From: Candidatus Omnitrophota bacterium | Lineage (GTDB): Bacteria > Omnitrophota > Gorgyraeia > Gygaellales > Profunditerraquicolaceae | Reading direction: 5' to 3' | NCBI GenBank assembly: GCA_040754615.1 | Contig: JBFMBZ010000081.1 | Span: 1-44,326 of the forward strand | DNA length: 44,326 nucleotides | Part shown: piece after piece, positions 12,001 to 24,000 of the stretch | Layout: each line of letters opens with the position of its first letter | Position numbering within the stretch: position 1 is the stretch's first letter | Program-made: the position numbers and the translations under genes | The notes under the pieces: model-generated | What the model was told of the DNA's origin: nothing | The model's input: only the letters and a program-made list of their open reading frames with translations | Databases searched by the model: none

Positions 12001-15000
12001 AGGCTCTTTTTCAGTTTCGAATGCCTCTTCTGCTTGTTGCTCCTTATCGAAAGGCTCCTGACAGGAATAAATTCTGCTAATAAGTAAGTCAAGGGTATCA
12101 CGAATAGAAGAAGAATAATTATATTTGTCTTTGGCTGCTTTAAGGGCAGGTACAAAAACTGGCCCGGTTGCAACAATAATATTGGCGGCTTCTCTAAATA
12201 ATTCCAGGTCATCTAATGCTTCTATGAGAATGGGGATAGCTGCTTCGAGGTTAATATTCACCAAGGCCCTGAGAATAAGTATGCGGATATTTCGGTCTTG
12301 CTCTTTTTCCAAAGCTTCCCTGAGATCAGGAAAGAAATCTTTAGCTTTAGGGCCAAGTAGCCCAAGAGTTTGAATAACATTTGCCTTAAGATGCGAAGAT
12401 TCGCCTCCTAATGCTTCTCTGAAGGTTGGAAAAGCAGGCTCGCCAATCTTGACCAGCTCAAACATCACCCCATAGCAAACATCCGGTCCTTTTCTTAACT
12501 CCTTTATTAACTCCTGAATACGAGGATTCTCTTGCTCTACTACCGGCGAACCGGACACTTTTGTTACGATTAATTCGCGAACGCCTTCAAGACTCCAAGC
12601 AATTGCCCAGGGAGCCCCTTCTTTATCTCTGGCCTCGTCTCTCTTTTTTGCCAGTAAACGCACCCCGGGAATTCCGGTTTTATCCGCCGCTATCATATCA
12701 GAAGGCTCATCTCCTACAAATACCAGCTGCCTGGGGGGGATGTTTTTATTTTTTAAGAGAGCTCTTAATTTCGTTTCCTTGTCTGATTTTTCAGGGGCCC
12801 ACGGAATAGCTGTGCCGGTGATAAACTTTTTGAGCCCAAAATATTGAAATAGAGGATCCAAGATGTTGGAAGATATGTGCGACACTAAATAGATTTCTAT
12901 TCCTGCAGCACGGAGTTGTTTTAAAATCTTTTCTGCGCCCGGTGATGCCTTTACTTCGCTTGTCTCGATGTAATATTTAATCCATTTCTTTATAAATGTA
13001 TTAATTGCCTGCTCAGTCCAGCTTTTTATTCCCTCCCCGGCATTCTTTGGGGCTTCCCCATTCACCTCAATAAATTCATCAACGCGTTTCTGTCTTGCCA
13101 TTCTAAAAAGCTCTCTAATCTGCGCCAAGCGGGGAATTTTCCCTTCGTTCTCCCCCGCGTATTTTTCTCCCTCTGCAAAAAATTCTCGCTCTCTTTTTGA
13201 AGACGAATCATCTTTATTATAAATAAACTTTGCTTTCGTTGGGTCGTTGCACCTTACTAAATTTAAATAAAGCGCTCCCATAAGGCGATTGACAAATGGC
13301 CGTAAGTCTTTAAGTATCGTCCCTGCCACATCAAACGCTGCTACCTTCATATTCTGGGGCTGCCTGGATGGGTTGACTAATTCAAAGACCGGAGAACCGG
13401 CTTCGGAACTGCCCGAATTTGAGCCCTCTTCAATCTCCATTAATCTTCTCAGATTTTCTATCCTCTCTTTCACTAATAAATAATCAAGAAAGGAACCAAA
13501 TTTGATTATTAAAGGAGCTCTTGCCGTTAAATTTAATTTTTGTGATTCTAGATGCATCTCCAAAGTCTCGTCAATGAATAAGGAAAACTCTTTCCAGAGA
13601 TCCTTAAGGGATTGTTTAATCGGAGAGCCGGAAGTGGTTTCTCTTAGCCTGTACCAAACGCCTTCTCGCTCCCGAAACCCTAAGCTAATAAGCGAATCGA
13701 CGATTATTCCTTCAGAAAGCCCATCAGGATTGTATTTTCGGGCTATCAAACTTAAACCCATGCCTAATCCGGGATTGACGGGAAAGACAGAATTTATCCT
13801 ATCTTTAAAAGCACTTATCTTCCGCTCTTCCTCGCCGGCTTTCTTCTCCCAGGCCATTCTCTTCTTAGAATCAACCAGTAAACCTTCCAGTTTTTCCGGT
13901 AGAGCTCCTCCAAAAACTTTTCTTATTCTTGCCTCTTCTTTAAAAATTATTTCTTCAATTCTTCTGGCTACATGAGCGCACACTTCCGGCAGCTCGTTTT
14001 TAAGCTGTCGTATTTTCTTAAAGTATCCTATTTCCTCATCCGTAATCAACCAATCGGTAACGTTTAACTTTGAAAGCAATCTAAATCCCTCTAAAGAAAT
14101 ATTCGGGTAGGAACCATAAAGTTCAGCCACATTCCTTGATTCCAGCAATTCATGAATAAGGGCATACACGCAATCAAAGGGAAATACCGCTATATGCAGA
14201 TAGACATCCACCGCCGCAACTTTTCTTTCCTTAAAATTAAAATCAATGCTGGATTTAGCCAGGCACATTCTTCCATCTTCCATTAAAAGGTGGCCATTAT
14301 AATCAGGGACTTCTGTTAGGGCGATTTGTAATGAAATCCCTTGTCCATCAAAATAGTCAAATAATTCCGGAAATTCCTCCTTAAGCCGGCTTATTAAGAA
14401 TTCAGCAGTCTTAGAAATTAACAATTCCCGGTCCTGAAAGAAAAAGGAAATTATTTTGTAATCGTATTGATTCTGGCTTACGGCAGATTCAACTCGTTGA
14501 TGAAGCCTCTTTTGTCCTGACTCGGGGAGCCTCTCCAATAAATATTCCATTATCGGCTTCAAAGCGCCTAAGCTATTTGCCTGCTCCAAAAACTTTCTGC
14601 AGGCTCCTTCTTCTTTCGGATTCAACAAAATCCCAAAAACGGGCTGAACGATAAGAGAGGAGCTGGAGAGGCCCTCCTCAAAGAATACTTTTGCTTTTTC
14701 AACAGACCCCGGATACGGGCCAACCGCAGAGCTGGCCTTCTTTAAAACAAATACCGCCGGCGGCAAGGGGTGGAATCTACCTTTAGATATGCCGACGAAT
14801 TGCTTGCTCTCAACCTCAAGCCCAGGTAACTCAAATTCTTTCTGCCATTCTTCTTCGCTATGTAAGTTAGAGGCTAGCGGAATATTCGTGTTGCCCGTAA
14901 CTACATGGTTAGCCAGCCAATCAATAATAATTATTAGGTCTTTCAGCTCCCTGGGATCTAAATCCCTTAAATAATTAACCAACTCCTCTTCATTATTGAG

Positions 15001-18000
15001 CGGTTCTTGCTTTAATAAGGCATTCTCTATGACTATTATCCGTCCTTTTGGCTTGAGGATTCTTTTTGCTTCCAAAAGAATTAAATCCATAGCTTCAATT
15101 GCAGTTCTGGAGAGAAGGTCGTTTAATATAACTTTATCCGCGCTTGCTTCTTCCAGTGGAATATTACCGGGGGTTTCCTGCAGGATAAAAGACGTGTTAT
15201 CCTGGCCCCGGTATTCCGGGCCTCTATCGCGATAGTCAGGTATAATTGTTCCAATAAACCAGGTGTCCCTTATATTCCTTGCAATAGCAATACCCAATCT
15301 ATCGTCTTCGCACCCGATATCCGCGACAATATCACCTTCGGAAATTAGGCCTTTAATCATATTGAAAGTAGCCAGGTAACGCGCATCCGCCTTATAATTT
15401 GCATAAATTCCATGGTATTTGTTTTCCCTGCTAATCCAATAAAAGCCTCCCTTATAAATTGCCTGGCGTGCTTCATCTAAAGAATTACTCTTCTCAAGTA
15501 AAATATTAACCAGCTTTCTTACTTTTCTAGTGGGGATACCGAATTGCCCGTAGCCAAAAGTTAATAATCTTATCAGAGCATCCTGCAGGCAAGGGCTTCT
15601 CTCCAGGGATTCAAGCAAATCGCTTCTGACAAGAGGCGAACCAGAGCGGGAACCGTAGATTACATTTAACACGAGTTGCGTATATTTCGCTACATCTGTT
15701 GCATAGTTATCATATAAACCGAAGGGGTAATCAGGCAAAGAAAATTCCCCGTGAGAATCATTGCCTGGCATACCGGGAAGGACACGTATAGGATGACTCC
15801 CATAAAATGGGTGGGACATATTTAATTTTTCCACGTCAGATGAAAGGGCTTCCTGTAAACCATTATTTCTTACTTTGTTACTGAAATATTCCAGCCCCAG
15901 GAAACTGCCTGCCGGCAGCGCTCCATGAATAACCGCCATCGGGATAGCCCACTCCAAGATATCCTCCAGCGTCCCCGCGCTATTCACTTTCCTTTCATTA
16001 TCCCTTATCTCGTTAGGATGGGCGATGCTGAATTTTGCCTTGCTGATTTTTATGAAATCCAGCAGCTCGTACCAGGTAAGGTAATATTTTTTCTGCAGAT
16101 TATAGAAGTAATCATCAAGGCCGGTAGGCTTAAATTTCTTATACCAGACCCCCTTGGCAAAAGTTATGCCTTCTTCTTCTAATCTTTCTCTGTGCCTGGA
16201 AAACATTGCATCAGAAACCAGAGAGCCGTATAATCTTGATAATTTTGGAGACCGGTTTATTCTCTGCAAATCCTCCAATTCAACGCTCAAATCCGGGAAT
16301 CTTCGGTTGGCTTCAGCAAGCAATATTTCAACTGCTTCGTTTCTTTTGGCATCAAGCACCTGCATTTTATTTAAAAGGCCTCTCGATGCCAACTCCTGGT
16401 TTTTCTTAATGAAAGAGGACCTGAACAATTCGGGAATATACACTAAGAAATGCACCTCTACCCCAGCGTAAAACACCGTAAATTCTGCTCCGGGAATTAA
16501 TATTAGCTCCGGAATAAAGCTTCTTGAAAGTTGATTGAATTTAGCTATCTCTCCGTTAATTATCCTGACTGCCCGCAGAGCTTCCCAAGAGGTCAATACA
16601 TCGTGATTGGTGATAGAGAAAGCCTTTAACCCAAGCGTAAAGGCTAAATACGCTTTATAAACCGAGGTATCAAACCCGTCGCTATTGAAGTCGTGGCTGT
16701 GCAAATCGCACTGCCCTTCGCAGGGGCGCGGTAATTTAATTTCGGGCAAGACTATGGGCAAAATCGTCCGCAAAGCCCTTAATCTTAAACCTTCCCATTC
16801 GCTACCCACCACTCCTGACATAATTCTATTAGCGGCAACTCTTCTTACGCCAAGGCCTGTTGAATCTAAATCGGATTCAAGTCTATTAATTATTGCTGGA
16901 TCCCGAATAGTATGAGCCTTCCCATCTTCCACAGGTGAGGCAGCAATAGCTTCTTTAAAAGTTAAATTTGTCCTCTGCCCCACTGGAGAGCCGGATTTAT
17001 TACGGTTTAAATTGGACCCCCTAGATGAGCCTGGTAGAAGTATTGGTTCGAAAATGAAAGGAGGACTCGCATTTCCTCCACTTATTATGCTTCTTGCCTG
17101 CTCTATAAAACGTCTATCCCCCGCCTTATTAATGGCTCTTTCAAGTGCCCCAACGATCTCTCTCACATGCTGAACTTCAAGCTTGGTTCGCTCATACTCC
17201 TTTCGGTAGCCTGCATCCTTCCTAACTAAGGCATCAACTTGAGCATTCAGAAGGCTGCTTATTTCGTTCAAGCTCCTTATATCGCCATCTCTAATCCAGA
17301 GAAACCGCTTTTGAATAAGGGGGTCCTTCATCGCGTCTTCTGGCCCACTATAAATTCTATATTTATATGGGTGGACACTAAGCAGCCAGTTTGCGTGCTC
17401 TACTTCCTTATGTATTCTGCTTAAGCTTTCGCTTAAGTAAGCCTCCCCTAAAAGGGCTGCAAAGAATATTTCACTAAGTAATACATAGGGGCTGGCATGA
17501 GCAAAGTATTTCCTGAAAGATTCATCAACGAAGCCTTGATCCGGAAGCTCTTCTTCCAATAGTTCATGAAAGATAATTGTTAATCGGTTATGCCTATACG
17601 CGGAATCCAGTTTTGCTGCTCTCTCATAATTGATTCTATGAAAATAGGTTCCTGGCTTTATGATTTCGGGGTGAATCGAAGCGTGGAAAGGGAAATCCCG
17701 GATTTCAGGGGCTATACTATTAATATTCGGGATGGCGGCTAATAACTTTTCACTCGTTAATTTTCCTTTAATTCGATTTTTTTTCGCAAACCCGTCTCTT
17801 GCCTCTTGGACTTTTTGATAATCCCGCACCGTGAATATAAAATTTCTTGTCAAGTCCGCATAGCGTTTATCCTCAATCTCTATAAAACCGATTGCCCTCG
17901 CGAGCTCAAAGAAGTCCATTGCCATAAGCTGCTCAGCGGCCCCAATGGCTGACAATCTCTCTTTGGCCCTTCGAATAGCTGCTAAATAATCATCTCTCTG

Positions 18001-21000
18001 TTTAAAGGGATGGTAATGATTCCTGCGCGACAAAGCCGATTCGCTATCCTCATAATCTCGCTCTTCCATCGGAGAGCCGGAAATGTAACTTGCACTCCAA
18101 GAATCACTGTTTCCGGGCAGAATCCGAGAACCTGCAAAAATTGTATCTGCTCTTTGCGCACCTATGTAGGGTAGACGGCCTGTGATTGCGCAAATCACAG
18201 CCGCCAGAGTCCTGCCTACCCAGCCATTAAGCTGTGTGCCGAAGGTACTCATCAGCTTAAGATAAGCCAAGGTAACCAAAAGAAATGGGGACGGTTCTAA
18301 TTTCCCCGCCTCCCCTCTTAAAATAAATAATAGGGAGGGTTCTAATTTAGGCACGGAGCCGAAGAAAATATAACCGTCCCCATTATTCAAAGGCATAGAG
18401 TGGCGCTTGGGAAGAGTGCCTTGTGAAAATGGGCTGCTTGCGTCTTCCTGCTTTGTTGTAACATGCACAACCGCGCCGAAGGTAAGCGGGGAACCGGCTG
18501 AGAATTTAGCGCCAAGATAGTTAACAAGCTTATAATCAGCTCCGTCTTTTATGGCCATAAGAGCTCTAAATACCTGTTCGAGATCCTCAGGATTAACATC
18601 CCTTCCTCCTAAGCCATAGATGTAATTAACCAAATGCGGAGCCTGCATATTTGCATAGGCATCATGGATATCCGAAAAGAGAGGCCCGGTACTTTTTCCA
18701 AAGGATATGCTGCGATCTAACACAGCTATTGCTTTTACATTCTTGAAGGCTTCAACAATGGCCTGCGTTGGGAAAGGCCTGTAAACCCTTATCTTGAGTA
18801 GTCCGGCCTTTATCCCCCGATTGCGCAGTTCATCTATCACCATCTTGGCAGTGCCGGCTGTAGAACCTATGAGCACCATCGCCACCTCAGCGTCATCAAG
18901 ATGGTATGCCTCAAATAGGCCGTATTTCCTTCCGGTTAATACCGCATAGGCCTGACTTACATCTTGGATAACACGTAAAGTGTTCATTAAAAGCTCCTGC
19001 TGCTTAAGCCTGATCTCCATGCAATATGGCGGTAAGGCTACGGGGCCAAGAGTAATGGGATTATCGGTATCCAAAAGGTTGATGACTGGCTCAAATTCCC
19101 CGATAAAGTCTCTTACCGCTTTATCAGCAATTATTTTTGCAGGTTGAGCTTTATGGCTGGTAATAAAGCCATCCTGCCAGGACATAACCGGAAAACCGGC
19201 CTTTTCAGCAATACTTACGGCCATAATGGTATTATCGTAAACTTCTTGGGGATTCTCAGAGCAAATATTTATCCAGCCAGCGTCCCTGGCGCCCATACCG
19301 TCGGTATGGTCGCAGTGGATATTTAAAGGCGCATTTAAGGCCCTGTTTACCAGAGACATAACAATGGGCAACCTCATCGCAGCGGCAATAGGAAGGACTT
19401 CCCACATATAAGCCAGGCCCTGGGAAGAAGTAGCTGTCATGACTCTTGCCCCTGCCGCAGCCGCGCCGATACAGAAGCTCATTGCGCTGTGCTCGGATTC
19501 AACCGGGACAAATATCGTTTGTACCTCTCCATGAGCAACGAATTCAGCGAAGAACTCTATAATTAAAGTTTGGGGAGTAATAGGATACCCGCCCACCACA
19601 TAGGGGTCTATCTGGCGCATAGCTTCAGCCGCAGCAGCGTCTCCTATTAAGGCTCTGGTTGGAATTCCTTCCTCTTGCGGGTTAAATATTTTAACGAGCC
19701 CTTCCCTTTGCGGAATAACACCCTTTAGCTCATTGTGGGCTCTCTCAACTGCCCTTACGTTAGCTACGACAACTTTCTCAGGGAATTTCTTGGAGAATTT
19801 TTCTCGCATCTCTCTTGTAAGCGCTTCTATAGGCATTAATCCGGTTGCCTTCAATAGTGCCCCCAGCAAGGTTGTGTTGGGAACGAATTTATTAAGCTCA
19901 TCCATAGATATCATTGTAGCGTCAACAGTAAGGATATGAATATTCCTGCCATTTGTATTCAGTTTTTCCCTTAAGAGAGGCTCTTCTTTATTGGTATTTA
20001 TTAAAACAATCCCATCTTCCTTAATGCCTTCGCATACATCTACGATATCAAGAAGGGTATCATCTAAAACAATCACAACATCCGGAATTTTTACCTTGTC
20101 CTCTCTTCTAATAGGCTTACTGCTTATACGGTTAAAACCAAACATAGGAGCGCCTGTGCGCTCAAGGCCAAAATCAGGAAAACCTTGCGCAAAATAGCCT
20201 TCGTGAATTGCTGTTTCGGCTAAGAGCTCGGCAGCAGTCATTGCTCCCTGCCCGCCCCTTCCGTGCCACCGGATCTCTATAGTGTCTATTGGAGAGGCGG
20301 AAGATTGTTTGTCGCATAACTTTTGAAGCCCATCCCAATTTTTATCTATTTGTTCTTGGAGAGCGGAAACGATTTCCGGGTTTTTCTTAAGATGGCTGAA
20401 GCGGCCTTGCTTAAAGAGCCACTCATTCACCGGAATTTTTTGCTTTGGCGTATGGGTTATGCGCCAGATGCCATTTTCAACTTCATAGAGAGGCCAAATA
20501 CCACATTCTACTGCCTCAGCGGTTATTTTCATCCCCTCCTCAACCGGCGTTTTCCATCCACGAGGACAGGTTGAGATGACATTGATAAAGCTTGAGCCTG
20601 GAACATGTAGCGCTTTTCGCAGTTTAGTAAGCAAATCTCTCCAGTAGAATGGCGCAGCCTGGGCAATGTAGTCAATATTATGGGCAGCCATAATCTTAGT
20701 TAGATCTTTGCTTTGCTGGATTTTCCCAAAGATAACCTTGCCAGCGGGGGTAGTAGTGGTAGCTCCGCCAATGAGCGTTGCTCCTGAGCGCTGGTTGCCG
20801 GTATTTTGGTAGGCCTGGTTATTGTAGCAAATAGTTAAAAGCCTATGCCCCCGTTCTACAGCTCCTGAGAGGGCCTGTAAACCAATATCATATAGCCCGC
20901 CATCTCCTCCAAAGGCAATAAAGTTGATATTTTTCTCTTCGGGTATCCTTCTGCGCAGCTTTAAAGCCCTATAAGCTGTTTCTGTTCCGCTTGCATTTGC

Positions 21001-24000
21001 AGCTACGTTCGGGAATGCATTATGGATTAAAGGGACTCTCCAGGCAGTCTGGGGGAAAATAGTAGTAACTACTTCCATGCAGCAGGTGGCTACTGAGACA
21101 ACCGTATCCTTACCGGAAATAAGAAGCGCTAATTTAAATATTACGGGAGCAACACAACCAGGGCAAGCCCTATGGCCTGAACTTAATAGCTCACCTCTCT
21201 TAGACAGGCTTTTTAGATTTAATGGTTCATCAAGCGAAAGAAGCAAACTTCTTTCTTGAGGCAAGGCTTCTTTTTTGAGTGGTTCTGGTTTAGGTAGATC
21301 ACTTTCGGACAACATCTGTATTACCGGCCCGCCCTTAGCAGGGTCTTTTTTCGGGCACTGGGCTGCACAGATACCACAACCTTTGCAGTGGTCCAGGTCT
21401 ATTCCCGTAACTCTTCCTTCTTTTACCTTTATTGCCATGTCCGGACAGAAGAGCCAACAGGTTAAACAGTGAGAACACTTTTCAGGATTGAATATCGGGC
21501 GGTTGATTCTCCATGAGCCTGTAAAATAATCTTCCGCATTCCCGGGAGTAGAAATCAATCCGGCGTATTCCTGAGGGTCTAAGTCTATCGGAGAGCCCCC
21601 AATAGAAAAATCTTCCGGCCTAAAGTCAAAAGGCCTGGTATCTCGAATGACTTCCATAATAGGCTTGCTATCTTCAACGGCCTCAATAATTGGCCTTACG
21701 TGCGACTGCAAAGGCTCTTTTAGCTTCCCTAAAATTTCTCTTACAACCTTAACGTCAATTAATGCTGCAGTCGCAAGATGATACATTGCCCTGGTAGCCT
21801 CATTGTAATAGTCATACACCATGCCGAGATTAGCATGGGCTCTGGCATATTTAGGATCGAGTTGAATCGCTCGGCGAAAGACAACCCCTGCTTTTTCAAA
21901 GTCTCCTAATTCCGCATAAGCTGCTCCCAGGTCACTATTTGTAATTGGATTGTCTGGGAATATTTCTAAAGATGCCTTAAATGCTTCCACTGCTTCGGAA
22001 AATTTCTTTAAATTTAGGTAGGTTACTCCCATATAATAATAGGCCTGGGGGTCGCTGGGGTTACTCTCAATGATTTTTTGGTAACAGTCAAGCGCCTTGT
22101 CAAACTCTTTGAGAAGCCTATAAACCCTGCCGAGGTTATACAATATGTTATTATCGGAATAAAATTCTGCGGCCTTTTCCCATACCTTTCTTGCTTTTTC
22201 CAGATTCCCGGAGTCGCCGTATATGGCTCCGATAATATTGTAGATGTGGGGATTGAAGGCGTAAGAGGAATCAATTACGTTTATCTCCGGATAGGATGCA
22301 TTTAATGAGTCTTCGTCAAACTCCTGAATTTCCGCAGTTGAGAAATTACAAAGTAGAAGCTTGTCAGTTGCTTCAACAGGAACAATAACAAAGGAAACCC
22401 CCTTACACCTTGCCACCGCCGCTGCAAAGCCGAAGAGTTTCAAGAGAATATACGCTAATTGAGCTAAGCTGTAAGAAGTTAAATATTTCCCGAATTCCTC
22501 TTTGTCCTTCCTGGGAATTATTTCTGCAGCCTGTAATAAATCAATAATATCTCTTGAAACGAAGATGTCATCCGTAACAAGCGAATTTACAAGGCTCTTA
22601 AATATCGGCAAAAGGTCTTTTTGACTGAAAGAAAGAAACAGCTTCTCAATTGTTCTTTTTGCCTCTTCTACATCAAAGATATTTATGCCCTGAGTTTCTT
22701 TAAAATTAATTTCCTGTAAAAATTGGATAATTGCTTCTTTAAGCTGCGGGATGTTTTCATGCGGATAGCCTAACTCATAGAGTATCATTGTTAAGCCATT
22801 TTCATTTTCAATAGGCGAGCTGGAAAGCGCTTTCGCGCAGGGGAAAATAAAAAATTCCTTGCCTGCTGGTAATAGCGGAGGCCCGGTAGTAAATACCGAA
22901 CTTATGTAATTACCCAAAACAGGCAAGGTTTTTCTTGATAAGTAAAAACTGGACTTTGGACTTAACGAATTTAGCAAGTTGCGAGCTGACCTCCACCCAC
23001 CCGTCGTTACTGGTTTTGCCCTGGACCGAACCGTTTGGCTGAATAAGGAAGTCGAATTCATACCACCAGCTGGGGTGGTGCGCGAAGGCAAAGATTCCGT
23101 CTTTTCTGAGTAAAATCCGCGTAACCTCAAGGTCCTGGAAATGGTAGGTATTGAACATTTCATTACCTCCTGGTTAAAATTGTTATTAATAATTATAACC
23201 GGCGAGCCGGACTGAAGGTTAAACGCAGCTACTAATTCTTCTGCCGGAGGAAATCGCTCTTTAACTGAAATATCCGGGTTGCATTTTAGCATCTTCTCCT
23301 CTTTTTCAGGATAAAGGAGCGCCAAGGTATAAATTTTACTACCAGGAATTCTTGCCCGAACTTTTCTCGCTGCTTCCATCTCTCCGCAGCCATCTCCTAT
23401 TATTAAGGCATTGCTGCCGCGATTACCCGGTTCATTTAAGATTAATTCAATGGCTGTCTCCTTATTGAATTCTCCCTTAAATGACGGCCATGAAAGCGCT
23501 CCATAAACAGCCAAGAAATAATCCCCAAGGCCAAGGGCCTTAACTAAATCAAGTGTAAGATAACTGTTAGCGGTAAGGATATACTGCTTGGCACCCCTCT
23601 TGTGCAATTCTTGAATAAACTGCATTACTCCTTCAACGAGGTATTGGCTTAATTTCTCTTTCAGTTCTTCTTTGTTATCCTTAATATACTGCTTCTGCAT
23701 TTCAATGTATTCACCTAACCAAAATTCGGCATCGTGTTTCTTAGTAGTGCCATCCTGGCTCATCTCTTTGATGATATCCCTATAAATATCTATATCCGGC
23801 CGTCCGAGATGCTTCTTATAAATTTTATTGGCCTCTAAAAATTGTTCTGCTTCACCAAGAGGCGCATCATTAGATAAAATGCGCGCTATAATAGTTGTCT
23901 GCATATTCTCCCAAGCTTTCGGCGGGACTTTAAAAATAGTAAGGTCCCAATCCCATATAAATACCTTGAGCTGCCCCTCAATAGGCCGATGCACAGTAAC

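Larger units (their letters stand above)
18082..18483 (-). other. hydrophobic/low-complexity linker region B (homologous to region A)
   Basis: NNGDGYIFFGSVPKLEPSLLFILRGEAGKLEPSPFLLVTLAYLKLMSTFGTQLNGWVGRTLAAVICAITGRLPYIGAQRADTIFAGSRILPGNS. Confidence 0.5.
22825..23196 (-). other. module with low-complexity main-frame translation (frame-ambiguous module)
   Basis: The main frame reads IIINNNFNQEVMKCSIPTISRTLRLRGFYSEKTESLPSRTTPAGGMNSTSLFSQTVRSRAKPVTTGGWRSARNLLNSLSPKSSFYLSRKTLPVLGNY... It is Ser/Thr/Arg/Pro-rich and unlike every neighbouring module, yet stop-free. Confidence 0.4.

Noticed and set aside
11967-12212. Minus-strand 81-aa ORF; likewise 22023-22274, 31245-31445 and 42000-42188
   Set aside because: They are out of phase with the main frame. 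They overlap well-supported domains (HEAT, TPR, the NTP-transferase supermodule, methyltransferase), and their translations look like off-frame noise. Only 22910-23158 was kept as noteworthy.
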